Shown here in pieces: positions 42,111 through 52,763 of a stretch of 64,000 nt of DNA (its first letter is position 1; each line of letters begins with the position of its first letter). Location of the stretch: assembly GCA_965262615.1 (NCBI GenBank), contig OZ253545.1, positions 1,408,001 through 1,472,000 on the forward strand. Direction: 5' to 3'. The position numbers and the translations under genes were made by a program. Source of the DNA: Alphaproteobacteria bacterium (GTDB lineage Bacteria > Pseudomonadota > Alphaproteobacteria > GM7ARS4 > G965262615). The notes beneath the pieces were generated by a model. It saw only the letters and a list, made by a program, of their open reading frames with translations. It was not told the origin of the DNA and did no database searches.

Positions 42111-42961
42111 GATTTGATCAGTGTTCCTGCTCCGTGATGGGTGAATGTCTCCAGCAGGATGGCGTGCGGCATGAGTCCATTGACAATCACCGCGGCTTCC
42201 ACGCCTTCTTCAATCGCCTTGATGCATGTTTCTACTTTGGGCAGCATGCCTCCCTGAATGATGCCTTTTTTAATGAGGGCACGCGCCTCGCGAATGGTGA
42301 GTTGCTCCATCAATTGTCCTTTTTCATTGAGTACGCCGCTGACATCGGTCAGCAGCAATAGCCGTGATGCGCCACACACCGCGGCAATCGCTCCCGCCAT
42401 GACATCGGCATTGATGTTATAAGTCTGTTGGTTGTCATCACAGGCGATGGGGGCAATGACGGGAATGATATCCGCCCGCTTGAGCAAATGCAACACCTCT
42501 GGATTGACTTGAGACGGCTCTCCCACAAACCCGATGTCTTGATTATGTTTGGTTTTTTGAGCGCGCACCATGCCGCCATCCTTGCCGGACAGTCCCACCG
42601 CCATGCCTCCTTGTTCCTCAATGGCGGTGACGATTTTCTTGCTGATGCTTCCCAGCACCATCTCAACAATGGAGACGGTATTGGCATCACTGACACGCAA
42701 TCCATCCACAAATTCGGTTTTGACATTCAATCGCTTGAGCATGTCGCCAATCTGAGGCCCTCCGCCATGCACCACATCAACATGAATTCCCACCTGCCGC
42801 AGCAACGAGACATCTTTGGCAAATGTGAGCAACGGCTCTCCCTCTTGCATCGCCGAGCCGCCCAGCTTGACCACAAAAGTCGCCCCCTTGTGACGGCGCA
42901 TATAGGGCAATGCTCCCGCTAAAATCGCCGCCTCCTGATGAGCTTTGATTTCCTTCATCAT
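42107..42961 (-). CDS. argB: Acetylglutamate kinase
   Basis: [25 protein letters not shown]. Confidence 0.96.
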   Translation of the reverse strand: MMKEIKAHQEAAILAGALPYMRRHKGATFVVKLGGSAMQEGEPLLTFAKDVSLLRQVGIHVDVVHGGGPQIGDMLKRLNVKTEFVDGLRVSDANTVSIVEMVLGSISKKIVTAIEEQGGMAVGLSGKDGGMVRAQKTKHNQDIGFVGEPSQVNPEVLHLLKRADIIPVIAPIACDDNQQTYNINADVMAGAIAAVCGASRLLLLTDVSGVLNEKGQLMEQLTIREARALIKKGIIQGGMLPKVETCIKAIEEGVEAAVIVNGLMPHAILLETFTHHGAGTLIKS

Positions 42962-44646
42962 CGTCCCTCACGCCCCGCCGCACCCAATGGATGCCGCTTG
43001 AGCAACATGTACTGCTGCAGCATGGACAAAATATTATTCCATGTCCAGTAAATCACCAGCCCCGCAGGAAATGATGCCAAAATCACCGTAAAAATGAACG
43101 GCAAAAAAGCAAACACTTTTGCCTGAATGGCATCCATGGGGGTGGGACTCATCCTCTGATGCAAAACCATCGTCCCGCCCATCACGAGGGGCCAGATGCC
43201 CACATGCAGCCATGACGGCAACTCCCAACTCACCAAGCCAAACAAGGTAAACAGATTGGTGGGATCGGGCGCGGACAAATCAGCAATCCAGCCCCAGAAC
43301 GGAGCTTGGCGCATCTCAATGGACACAAACAACACCTTGTACAGAGCAAAGAAAATGGGTGCTTGCAATAAAATCGGCAAACATCCCGCCGCAGGATTCA
43401 CCTGATGCTTCTTGTACAATGCCATCATTTCCTGATTGAGCTTCATTTTATCATCACCATACCGCTCTTTGAGTTTGAGCAATTGCGGATGCAACTGCCG
43501 CATGGCATTGATTGCCCTGAAGGACTTATCCGCAAGAGGATACATCAAGAGGCGAAAAAAAACCGTCATCACAATGATGGCAATCCCCATGTTGCCAAGT
43601 CCCTCATTGAGCCACAGCAACAAACGCAACAACGGCTGGGTGAGAAAGTAAAACCAGCCAAAATCAATTGCCAATTCAAATTGAGGAATGTCGTTATTTC
43701 GCTCGTAAGACTTCAGCTCATCGAAGTTTTTCGCTCCCACAAAGAGTTGACTCTCGTACTGAGCGCGCCCATCGGGCGGGACAATGACGCTCTGGGCAAT
43801 GAAATCCGCCTGATACTTGTCATTGTGCTGAACAAATCGGGCTCTGATGGCATCCCCCTGCTGGGGAATAAACGCCGCCAGCCAGTATTTATCGGTGATG
43901 CCAAGCCAGCCATCGGTGCTGTCGTATTGCTGGCTGTCTTGCCAGTCACTGTAGCTGACCTCCACCAGCTGCTCATCCAAAAAGGCAACCCCTCCTTCGT
44001 GCAGGATGTAAAACTGCCCCCCTTGCGGCGCACCACTGCGGCTCATGAGACCATAGGGATACAAGACCACCGCCTGCCCACCATTGTTGATGACCGTTTG
44101 CGTCACCGTCAGCATATAGAGGTCATCCATGTGCCACTGTTGCTGAAAAATGATGCCGTCTCCATTATCAAATTGAAGCGTCACGGGATTGTCGGGCGTG
44201 AGCTCATTGTTGTCGGTGAGCCAGACACTGTCTTTGTCGGGCGTGGTGACCGAACCATCGGAGAGCCATCCATAGCGCAGGGAAAAGGCATCGTCTCGTT
44301 CATGAGGAATCAGCAAACGCACCTGAGGGCTATCGTCTGCCAATGATTCTTGATACCGCTGCAGCACGGCATCATCCCAATACGCGCCTCGCAACGAGAG
44401 ACTGCCTCGCAACGCCTCATTGCGCAGCGGCAGACGAGGGGCAGCGCGAGCTTTTTGTCGTTCTTCCTGCTGGGCAATGACACGCTGGGAACTCTGAGGG
44501 ATGGGCGGTGCATCATCGGCGGCGGGCAGAGGAGCATCGGCATCAGGCTCGGGGGGCGGCAATTGAGAGAGGCGTTGCGTCTCAAAAAACATGAGAATCG
44601 CCATAGACAGCACCATGGCTAGCAACAAATTGGCATTATCCTGCAT
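42958..44646 (-). CDS. yidC: Membrane protein insertase YidC
   Basis: IDFGWF, NPAAGCLP, WIADLSAPD, YWTWNN. Confidence 0.97.
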   Translation of the reverse strand: MQDNANLLLAMVLSMAILMFFETQRLSQLPPPEPDADAPLPAADDAPPIPQSSQRVIAQQEERQKARAAPRLPLRNEALRGSLSLRGAYWDDAVLQRYQESLADDSPQVRLLIPHERDDAFSLRYGWLSDGSVTTPDKDSVWLTDNNELTPDNPVTLQFDNGDGIIFQQQWHMDDLYMLTVTQTVINNGGQAVVLYPYGLMSRSGAPQGGQFYILHEGGVAFLDEQLVEVSYSDWQDSQQYDSTDGWLGITDKYWLAAFIPQQGDAIRARFVQHNDKYQADFIAQSVIVPPDGRAQYESQLFVGAKNFDELKSYERNNDIPQFELAIDFGWFYFLTQPLLRLLLWLNEGLGNMGIAIIVMTVFFRLLMYPLADKSFRAINAMRQLHPQLLKLKERYGDDKMKLNQEMMALYKKHQVNPAAGCLPILLQAPIFFALYKVLFVSIEMRQAPFWGWIADLSAPDPTNLFTLFGLVSWELPSWLHVGIWPLVMGGTMVLHQRMSPTPMDAIQAKVFAFLPFIFTVILASFPAGLVIYWTWNNILSMLQQYMLLKRHPLGAAGREGR

Positions 44647-44648
44647 GG

Positions 44649-44900
44649 CTATTGTTTCTTCTGGGATTTCTTCTGTTTGGGAACAGGGTCATACCCCTGC
44701 CCGCCCCACGGATGACAGCGCGTCACCCGCCGTATCGTGAGCCACATGCCATGTCGCCATCCATGCACACCAATGGCTTGTCTCATGTAGGCAGAACAAG
44801 TGGGCACAAAGCGGCAGTGTCCATGAGTGTGCAGCATGAGGGCGAGAACGCGATAAACCATCAGCAGCCCATCCAACAGCCAAAGCGACAGGGGTTTCAT
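44649..44900 (-). CDS. yidD: Membrane protein insertion efficiency factor
   Basis: [21 protein letters not shown]. Confidence 0.93.
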   Translation of the reverse strand: MKPLSLWLLDGLLMVYRVLALMLHTHGHCRFVPTCSAYMRQAIGVHGWRHGMWLTIRRVTRCHPWGGQGYDPVPKQKKSQKKQ

Positions 44901-45235
44901 TCAGCAACCTTCGCGCACGCAACACGCAAGTCACGGCACAACAAAGCAAACGGACGGGTCTTTGCCTCACGGCGAGCAATCAGCACCGTGTCTTGACGGA
45001 GCCGCCGCAATTGGTCTTGTTCCAAATTGACCACCGCCCGCAACCGCCGTTTGATGCGATGACGCACCACCGAATTGCCCGTCTTGCGACTGACCGTCAA
45101 TCCATAGCGACTCTCATCGTGTCCTTGAGGCATGGATATCAAAACGAAGGCAGGGGTATAACAGCGCGTGCCGTTTTTTTGCACTCGCACATAGTCATTG
45201 CGCTTGCGTAATCTATGATCTCTGATAAAGTTCAT
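44897..45235 (-). CDS. rnpA: RNase P protein component
   Basis: [22 protein letters not shown]. Confidence 0.93.
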   Translation of the reverse strand: MNFIRDHRLRKRNDYVRVQKNGTRCYTPAFVLISMPQGHDESRYGLTVSRKTGNSVVRHRIKRRLRAVVNLEQDQLRRLRQDTVLIARREAKTRPFALLCRDLRVACAKVAE

Positions 45236-45366
45236 GCCGACAGGACATGCCGCCCACGAGCTCTGCGGCGCGCCAGCAAACGCCGACCGGCTTTGGTCGC
45301 CATACGAGCACGAAAGCCATGCCGACGCTTGCGCACAAGAACGCTTGGTTGATATGTCCGACGCAT
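45232..45366 (-). CDS. rpmH: 50S ribosomal protein L34 (below the ORF-track size cutoff)
   Basis: [44 protein letters not shown]. Confidence 0.97.
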   Translation of the reverse strand: MRRTYQPSVLVRKRRHGFRARMATKAGRRLLARRRARGRHVLSA

Positions 45367-45423
45367 CTCTCTTCTCCTTTAAGGATTCGCCTTGTTTTCT
45401 ACAATGTCATAGGATTTTAGTCA

Positions 45424-46059
45424 ATGCAGCACCATCACATAAAGTCAGACCATGATGCTCATTATCAAGCCATTAATGAGCAAAAACGCATCATTAAACG
45501 CATGAAGCGTGCATTGGTGCTGTTTGTGATTGCCATCACGCTGGGAACGGCGACTTATATCGGTCTTAACACAAAGGAAGAATCTCCTTTAATCTCGCAA
45601 GAGGATGACCTCGCCGCCATCAGAGAATACGCCATAGAGCCCATCTATCGCTTCAGCGATGATGACCAACGCTATCATGTGGTGCGCGCCGACTGGGGAC
45701 GCGTCAGCAAAGACAACAGCGATGAGATTCTTCTCAAAGAAATCAGAGGTGACAGCTATCAAGCCGACAATGCGGTGGCGCGCTTTACGATTGTGGCAAC
45801 AGGAGGCATTCTCAATCGCAAAAGCCAGCGACTCACATTGTTGTCAGGCGTCCAGCTGCAAACTCATAACGGATACGACATTCGCACCGACACGGCTCAG
45901 CTGCTGCTGAACAGACGCACTGCCTCTGGTGATGATGCGGTGACCATTCATCATCCTCGCTCGGTTGCTCAAGCCACTGGTTTTCGCATCACCGATGATG
46001 GCGCAACCATTCAGTTGCGTGGTCCCGCCACCATCACCTTGCTCCCGCAAAAGCCATAG
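45424..46059 (+). CDS. lptC: LPS export protein LptC-like
   Basis: One membrane segment followed by a beta-jellyroll-like pattern (LTLLSGVQL, GYDIRTD, ATGFRI). Confidence 0.7.
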   Translation: MQHHHIKSDHDAHYQAINEQKRIIKRMKRALVLFVIAITLGTATYIGLNTKEESPLISQEDDLAAIREYAIEPIYRFSDDDQRYHVVRADWGRVSKDNSDEILLKEIRGDSYQADNAVARFTIVATGGILNRKSQRLTLLSGVQLQTHNGYDIRTDTAQLLLNRRTASGDDAVTIHHPRSVAQATGFRITDDGATIQLRGPATITLLPQKP

Positions 46060-48892
46060 GAGCGGACACAAGAGACGGTGCAACATGAGGAAAGGGAATG
46101 CCTTCCACCAAGTCCAACGCCAGAGCTCGCGTGCCTCGTTCAATGTCCATGCGCACCAATAAATCGGTTTTGCGTCCGTCCATCTCCGCCATGGGCAATC
46201 TGAGCAGAGCCGTTGCGCCATCACCCACAGTGGATTCTTGCGACAGCGCGCCGTAGCGTTCAATCAGACGCAACAACCCCCAACTGCCATGACTGGCATA
46301 CCGCTCTTGTGCCATCCGTTGCTGACGGCGATGAATGGCATCCTCATACCATGCCGTGGAATCGTCTGAGCCGCGCGTTCCCCATGCCAGAGCCAAATCA
46401 ATGCCATCGCCCGCTTGCAAATCCATGCGCGCCGCACCCTCCGAAAGAGACAAGCGATGCATCCCACTGCTCACATACAATGCCTTGAAAAAATGACCAC
46501 TGGGCGAAGCCGTCACCTTGCCGATGTCAAAGCGCAGCTGAAGGGGCAACGAATCAATGGGGGCAATCGCCTGCAGTATATGAAGAGCGTGACGCAAAGA
46601 CAGCAAAAAAACAGCAATGGAGCGATCAAAATCGCCGCCCTGAGCCACATGGTGCATCACATCATCATAGAGCCAATCAATGTCATCGCCCCAGCGAGAG
46701 AAAAAATCATACACATCCAGCAGTGAATGATCCGCCGCCGCCAGAGGCGCAAACGGATATTTGCCCGCTAAACGCTGATTAAACGCAGCCGCAAGTGATT
46801 GATAACGCACCGCCACATCTCTATAGCCCGCAAAATTTTGACACAATGAAAACAATTGATGCTGCCACTGGGAAAATCGTTGATGGACAAAATCCTTTTG
46901 TTCCACCGCGCTAGGTGCAAACGGAAACCACACATTGCACATGGGCTCTTTGCGATACTGCGTACTTTTTTCCACCCAGCCATCAAAATTCGCCATAACA
47001 ATGGCATCGTTCATCAGATTGTCCAGCAGTGCATAGGGTAGCAATTCTCCATCATTTCGCCATCCGTCTTTTTGCACCAATTGAGCATAGGGCGTGACGA
47101 GGGTCACCCACTCATGCAATTGGTTTTTTTGCTGCTGTAGCCATTGTTGCAAATCGGTTGTGCCCAATTGCGCCGCCACCTTCTGATATCCGCCATCACC
47201 CAAAACAAACGAAGACGGCAGACGCAAAACCGCCGAATGCCTCAGGGATTCAGAGGCATATTCCATATGACGATACGCCCAGCTGGTGACCATCCATCCC
47301 AAGAGCGATTCCGATTGCTGGCTGGTGTCCATGCCATAGCTCATCATTTGATGCTGCAGACTTTTTTCAAACGCCAGCAGATGCGACAACTGATGGCTGG
47401 CAACCAAGTGACGGCGTAAAATATTTTTCACCGCATGGTAGTTCTGACGCTGTGCTCCGATGGCAGATTGATCATAAGTCCATGCTCTGCCCACCATGCG
47501 CGCCAGTTCATGATTCATCACCCCATAGGCAAAATTGGATAACACCGATTGCCAGCCTTGAGGCAACGAATTGAGAGGCACGGTAAGATGATGCAGCAAC
47601 TGCCGAGCATCCCGCACCGCCTCATCCAAAAGATGCTGCTGCCAATTCACCTGCAACGATGACACCGCCACCTTTTGCAATGACGGCACGGGATTGTGAT
47701 TCATGTTGATCTGTGCCGTCACATGGAGCAGCTGACTCAATGCCAGCCACGAATCTCGGCTACCATCGGATAAGCGATAACCTCCGGTATCGTTCTCGTG
47801 AAATAATGGCTCTCCCAGCAGTGTCATGGAACGAATTAGTTGAATCTTTCTGGCTTTGTGCGTTTGATTATAGTGGCGTTTCAATTGCTCTTCGGCTGTG
47901 TCTCCCAACAAGGAGATGGCACGCATATTGTCAAAAAACACCTCCATCATGCGCTGTTCCTGATGATGCCATTGCTCACTGTGTGTTGCCCAGTGATCCA
48001 TCAGCTGCCAGTTTCTGTTCATGACGGTGAGCATATGTCGCCATCCCGTCAAAGGCACATGACCAATCTGCTCACCCAGTTCAACCAAAGCATGAGATTG
48101 ATCCGTGAATGATTGCATCACCGGCAGGATGTCATGCCAATGCCCGCCATAAAACGACAAATTCTCCAGCATGGCGGTGGCGCGCTGCATCATGGACTGC
48201 TGTGAGGCGGGATGGGCAAACAATTGTGCCGAGGCAATGCTCACAGACTTGATGGCAAGGGAATCATCCTTGAGCCACAGCGCAGGCAGAGACACAGGAT
48301 GCAAAGAAGACAATAAATGGGCAAGCCCCCGCAAATCACCGCGCAAAAATTGATTCCAATGGCTATGATGGGATTGCAAATTGCGCAATTGATCATAAAA
48401 GTCGGCACTCGCCCGTAGGGCATCATTGAGCGATGCCGTCACAGGGTTTTTTGCCAATTGCTGAACAGTGGCGCGCAGGTGATTTTCAATTGCCAGCGCC
48501 ACCACAGTGAGCAGTGCATGACGAATACGCCCGGTGGTGTCTTGCAGCTCATGACGATACAACCACGATGCCACCACAGGGTAATATCCGGTGAGCAAAT
48601 CCGCCTCCCGATGTGCCAGCGTCAAAGCCGCCGCCAATGCCTGCTGATCACTGCCGTGATGGTTGTCAAGAAACCCATCGCGCAATTGCTCGGCTTGAAT
48701 CGCCAGAGACAACAGATGACGATGACGACTGCCGATATCATCGCGCAACAAAAGACCCGCCGCCAATATGGATGCCACCAGCGCACACCACAAAAACAAG
48801 CCGCGGCGGCGATGAGAGGCAACCACCATCAGAGCAGGATGACGCAACGCCACCGTCAGTGACTTTGGCTTATCACGCTGGGTGGAGGTCAT
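46034..48892 (-). CDS. Large membrane-anchored protein with a TssM/IcmF-like C-terminus
   Basis: N-terminal membrane segment, long helical region, FNQRLAGKYPF...SLLDVYDFF and GSWGLLRL; ATG overlaps the sctF stop. Confidence 0.6.
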   Translation of the reverse strand: MTSTQRDKPKSLTVALRHPALMVVASHRRRGLFLWCALVASILAAGLLLRDDIGSRHRHLLSLAIQAEQLRDGFLDNHHGSDQQALAAALTLAHREADLLTGYYPVVASWLYRHELQDTTGRIRHALLTVVALAIENHLRATVQQLAKNPVTASLNDALRASADFYDQLRNLQSHHSHWNQFLRGDLRGLAHLLSSLHPVSLPALWLKDDSLAIKSVSIASAQLFAHPASQQSMMQRATAMLENLSFYGGHWHDILPVMQSFTDQSHALVELGEQIGHVPLTGWRHMLTVMNRNWQLMDHWATHSEQWHHQEQRMMEVFFDNMRAISLLGDTAEEQLKRHYNQTHKARKIQLIRSMTLLGEPLFHENDTGGYRLSDGSRDSWLALSQLLHVTAQINMNHNPVPSLQKVAVSSLQVNWQQHLLDEAVRDARQLLHHLTVPLNSLPQGWQSVLSNFAYGVMNHELARMVGRAWTYDQSAIGAQRQNYHAVKNILRRHLVASHQLSHLLAFEKSLQHQMMSYGMDTSQQSESLLGWMVTSWAYRHMEYASESLRHSAVLRLPSSFVLGDGGYQKVAAQLGTTDLQQWLQQQKNQLHEWVTLVTPYAQLVQKDGWRNDGELLPYALLDNLMNDAIVMANFDGWVEKSTQYRKEPMCNVWFPFAPSAVEQKDFVHQRFSQWQHQLFSLCQNFAGYRDVAVRYQSLAAAFNQRLAGKYPFAPLAAADHSLLDVYDFFSRWGDDIDWLYDDVMHHVAQGGDFDRSIAVFLLSLRHALHILQAIAPIDSLPLQLRFDIGKVTASPSGHFFKALYVSSGMHRLSLSEGAARMDLQAGDGIDLALAWGTRGSDDSTAWYEDAIHRRQQRMAQERYASHGSWGLLRLIERYGALSQESTVGDGATALLRLPMAEMDGRKTDLLVRMDIERGTRALALDLVEGIPFPHVAPSLVSAPMAFAGAR

Positions 48893-49137
48893 TGAATGTT
48901 TTTGACAATTCCCCGCACGGCATCCGCCACGGCTTTGACAACTGTGCTCTCCATCTCCGTCATGATAGACCACCGTTGCATGGCAACCTCCAGCTTCATG
49001 ATATCGGCGGTGCTGCCGGATTGCGCTGCACTCTGAGCTTCCACGACCTTTGATTCGGCACCACTGACCGCATCGCTCATTGAGGAAAACGCCGAATCCA
49101 CACTTTGTCCCCCTGCTGTATTGACATCATTTGCCAT
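48889..49137 (-). CDS. sctF: T3SS needle subunit
   Basis: 82 aa; KLEVAMQRWSIMTEMESTVVKAVADAVRGIVKNI matches the YscF/PrgI C-terminal helix. Confidence 0.85.
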   Translation of the reverse strand: MANDVNTAGGQSVDSAFSSMSDAVSGAESKVVEAQSAAQSGSTADIMKLEVAMQRWSIMTEMESTVVKAVADAVRGIVKNIQ

Positions 49138-49148
49138 TGTCCGCTCCC

Positions 49149-49394
49149 TTAGTTGAGTCCCTCCGTGCCATGAACCGACTGCCAATACAGACGAACCGTC
49201 TGCAGTGAGGCGATCAGTGCATCTTGCAACAGTGATTGCTGTTGATGCTCGGCAGGCTTCATGCCTGCGGCTAAATCCTTTTTGATGGTCTGAATATGCT
49301 CTTCTAACATGCGCTCCAGTTGCTGTTTGTATGAGCCATCGCCGTCTTGAGTCAAACGCTCTTCAATGTCCAGCATGATGATGGGGTCAGTCAT
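49149..49394 (-). CDS. yscE: YscE-family needle co-chaperone
   Basis: LDIEERL..D.DG, LAAGMKPAEHQQ; sits between sctD and sctF. Confidence 0.75.
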   Translation of the reverse strand: MTDPIIMLDIEERLTQDGDGSYKQQLERMLEEHIQTIKKDLAAGMKPAEHQQQSLLQDALIASLQTVRLYWQSVHGTEGLN

Positions 49395-50685
49395 GATGAT
49401 TCTCCAATTGGGGGGAAAAAATGTAGTCATAGTCATGACCGCCGTGAGTCAATAACAAGCGATCCGACTCAATGGAGGCGAGGGTAAAGCCGTCAGACAA
49501 GGATGCACCCTCCTCAACCATGTGATGATCTCCTAAAATCACAAACGAACGAGGGCCCTTCACCACCGTTTGAATGGTCATGGCAAAGTGCGGAACTGAT
49601 TTCACATGATCATCCAGCACAATATGACCGCCGAACGCCGATGAGAACATCCCTTTGACCCGATTCCAGTGAGTGAAATCATCATCGTTCAACAAGCCGT
49701 AGGAATGAATCGTGCCATCGTCAACACGCAATGATACCGCCAAATTTTCTTTTTTGATGTTGTCACGCACATGAGAGGCAAAATCTTGCACCGTGATGAC
49801 CTGACTGTGAATCACAATCTGCGGCGCAAGGTCGTCACGCAATAAGGCAAGGGTTTTTTCATAATGGCGATAGGAAGACACCACACCCGCTATGCGAAAA
49901 TGCGCGCCGCCATCATCATAGACATCCAGTGCCATGCCGTATGCTTCCAGTCCCGCCCGCAACGATTGTGCCACGCTCGCCGTCACCACGATGGTGGTTT
50001 GAATCCTCCCCTGCCACGCTTTGGTGTATTGACGCAAATGTGCCAGCGTCTGACTTCGGCGCACACTGCCCGACAATTGAATGCCGCCATCCTTCAGCGA
50101 AGTCACCGTGACATAATCCATGTCGTCATTTTTGGCGATAAACTGCTGCAAGGCAATCAGGGGGGTAGGAGCGGGCATGGATGCAACCACCTCTTGTTTG
50201 TCTTCTTGAGGAACGGATGACCAATAAAACGCCGTGCTTGCCGCAAATGTCATCATCATTCCAGCCGCCACAGAAAGCACCGCCGCACCATGGGTATGAC
50301 TGGATTGGCGTTTAACAGGTTTCTCCTCCTTGCCACTGGATGTTGCGGGCGTGTCTGTGGTGGGAGCAGATTCATCCTCAACAGAGGAGGAAGACGCATG
50401 AGACAAATCAGCAAAATTCGTCTCGCTTGTTCCCAAACCGATGCGCACACCGCCCGCCATAAACACACACGGAAATTCCAAAGCGAGCGCCTCGTCTTCC
50501 TGATGCAACACATAACTGCCGTCATCCTGATGCTCCAGTGTGACCGCCGTCACATCATCATCGCTGAGAATAATATCGCAATCGGACTCTCGCCCAATAG
50601 ACAAAGACGACACCGCCATGGAGGCTTGCGCACCCTCATGGTGTCCACTGAGAATTTTAACAATTATTGCTTGTCCATCCGTCAT
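49387..50685 (-). CDS. sctD: T3SS inner-membrane ring protein
   Basis: ILSGHHEGA...IGRESDCDIILSD FHA-like domain, membrane segment, ring-building repeats, GASLSDGFTL. Confidence 0.85.
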   Translation of the reverse strand: MTDGQAIIVKILSGHHEGAQASMAVSSLSIGRESDCDIILSDDDVTAVTLEHQDDGSYVLHQEDEALALEFPCVFMAGGVRIGLGTSETNFADLSHASSSSVEDESAPTTDTPATSSGKEEKPVKRQSSHTHGAAVLSVAAGMMMTFAASTAFYWSSVPQEDKQEVVASMPAPTPLIALQQFIAKNDDMDYVTVTSLKDGGIQLSGSVRRSQTLAHLRQYTKAWQGRIQTTIVVTASVAQSLRAGLEAYGMALDVYDDGGAHFRIAGVVSSYRHYEKTLALLRDDLAPQIVIHSQVITVQDFASHVRDNIKKENLAVSLRVDDGTIHSYGLLNDDDFTHWNRVKGMFSSAFGGHIVLDDHVKSVPHFAMTIQTVVKGPRSFVILGDHHMVEEGASLSDGFTLASIESDRLLLTHGGHDYDYIFSPQLENHHD

Positions 50686-50738
50686 CAATGACTGCTCCTG
50701 CACGATTTTTATCTCTTTTGGTAACAGCTGGCATGGAT

Positions 50739-51158
50739 ATGTCACATACAGACCATGAGCTTCGTCACGCCATGAATCAGTTAGAATTGATCATTGAAAA
50801 TTTCACGGCATTGCGTCAGATCACGCCCATCAGACGCAAAGGGGAGCTGTTTTTATTTCCCATTGATGATTCATTTACCCTGCGATGTTCCACCTATCGC
50901 GATGATGTCATCTTTGAGGCGACCGTTGCTCAAGGGAAAATGGACAGCACATGGCTGCACGACATGATGCGCATCAATCTGGGACGACAAAAAGAAAACA
51001 GCGACCTCATCGGCTATGATGCCAAAGAAGATGCCATCATTTTGTATATGCGCCATCCATTGCGCGAGCTGGATGTGCATCAGTTTGCCCATATTTTTGA
51101 CCAAATGACCATGTCACTACGCTTTTGGCAAAACCTCAAAGAGAGCCACGCCGCTTAA
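50739..51158 (+). CDS. CesT/YscB-type T3SS chaperone
   Basis: 139 aa; MRINL, IGYD, C-terminal amphipathic helix ending FWQ; directly upstream of the secretin. Confidence 0.7.
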   Translation: MSHTDHELRHAMNQLELIIENFTALRQITPIRRKGELFLFPIDDSFTLRCSTYRDDVIFEATVAQGKMDSTWLHDMMRINLGRQKENSDLIGYDAKEDAIILYMRHPLRELDVHQFAHIFDQMTMSLRFWQNLKESHAA

Positions 51159-51176
51159 TGAAAGACGGAGGATGAT

Positions 51177-52760
51177 ATGAGAATTGTCACATTCCTCATC
51201 GCGATGGTGCTGTCATCGGTGACTGTCGTGCATGGCTATGAGCTGCCGTGGAAAAAGGAGTCATTTTCCTATTACGGCAATGGAGAGTCACTCACTCAGG
51301 TGCTCAACAATTTTTCATTGAGCGTGGGAACGCACATCATCGTCAGCGATCAGGTGACAGGAACGCTGCAAGGTGCGTATTTTGCTCCCACAGCGCAGCA
51401 TTTCTTGCATCAATTGAGTGAACGGTACGGTTTGGTGTGGTATTACGATGGCGAGGTGTTGTATGTCTATCATCGCAACCAGTTGCAACAACGCCATCTT
51501 CATTCCGACATGATGACCGCGAGCGAATTGCAAAGACGCATTGAAAATCATCCCGCATGGAATCATCGCTACCAAATCTACACAGATGACACCGATGAGC
51601 AGGTGATTGTCACCGCGCCACCCCGTCTGATGGCGTTGCTGGAGAATTGGCTGGAGCAATGGAAAGAAGAGGAATCCTCAAGTCTTTATGTGAGTCGTAT
51701 TTTTCAGCTGCGCTATGCGTGGGCGACCGACAAAAAATTCAAAAACCGAGATGACACCATCGTGATTCCGGGCGTGGTGACGCTGCTGAAGAAAATCTTT
51801 GCCGGACAAGTCCCGCCGCCAAAAACCGAACAGACACCTCATGACAGAACCGCCAAAGGCGTTCTGGAGAACACGAAAAACCCCACCCAGACACAAACAG
51901 ACCCCAAGCCTATTTTTGACACACGCAATGATGTGCGCATTGAAGCAGATGTGCGTCTCAATGCGATTGTTATTCACGCGCCGCGCTATCAAATGGCGAT
52001 GTATGAAGAACTGATTGCCGAACTGGATGCTCCCGCAGGATTGATTGAAATTGAGGCAATGGTGGTGGATGTTTCCATTGAGAAAAGTGACGAGTTGGGC
52101 ATTTCGTGGCGACTCAGCAATGACCGCCATGCCATTGGCTACGGCACAATTGACAGCTCACTCAGTGTGGGCGAGGTGGTTGCCAATGTGGGTGCCGGGG
52201 TGAATTTTTCCACCCTGGCGGCATCGGGGGCACGGCAATTTTTGAGCCGTATCAGTGCCCTGAAAACGCAAGGCAACGCGCGCGTGATGTCACGCCCGTC
52301 TGTGCTCACCATTGATAATTTTGAGGCGGTGCTGGATTTGCATCAAACCTTTCATGTGCGGGTGGCGGGTCATGAGGCGGTGGAGCTCTATCCCATCACG
52401 GTGGGCACATTGCTCAAGGTGACGCCTCACATTATTGCGTCTCGTAAGGATCGCGGCATTCAGCTGGCGATTGCCATTGAGGATGGCAGTATTCTGCAGC
52501 AAACGGTGGATAACATTCCCATTGTTCGCAACAACACCATCAACACCCAAGCCATTATTGGCGAGCATCAGAGCCTGCTCATTGGCGGACACTATTATGA
52601 GAGCGAGAGCGATCGCGATGAGGGCATTCCCATTTTGCAAGACCTGCCGTTGATTGGCATGCTGTTCAGCCGTGAGCGCACCGAGCGCACCCGCATTGAG
52701 CGTCTTTATTTAATCACGCCGCGCATTATTGCGTTGCCCTCTGCCATGCTTCAGAATTGA
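51177..52760 (+). CDS. sctC: T3SS secretin
   Basis: LVWYYDGEVLYVY, LRYAWATD, PGVVTLL, SRPSVLT, IPILQDLPLIGMLF. Confidence 0.93.
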   Translation: MRIVTFLIAMVLSSVTVVHGYELPWKKESFSYYGNGESLTQVLNNFSLSVGTHIIVSDQVTGTLQGAYFAPTAQHFLHQLSERYGLVWYYDGEVLYVYHRNQLQQRHLHSDMMTASELQRRIENHPAWNHRYQIYTDDTDEQVIVTAPPRLMALLENWLEQWKEEESSSLYVSRIFQLRYAWATDKKFKNRDDTIVIPGVVTLLKKIFAGQVPPPKTEQTPHDRTAKGVLENTKNPTQTQTDPKPIFDTRNDVRIEADVRLNAIVIHAPRYQMAMYEELIAELDAPAGLIEIEAMVVDVSIEKSDELGISWRLSNDRHAIGYGTIDSSLSVGEVVANVGAGVNFSTLAASGARQFLSRISALKTQGNARVMSRPSVLTIDNFEAVLDLHQTFHVRVAGHEAVELYPITVGTLLKVTPHIIASRKDRGIQLAIAIEDGSILQQTVDNIPIVRNNTINTQAIIGEHQSLLIGGHYYESESDRDEGIPILQDLPLIGMLFSRERTERTRIERLYLITPRIIALPSAMLQN

Positions 52761-52763
52761 TCC

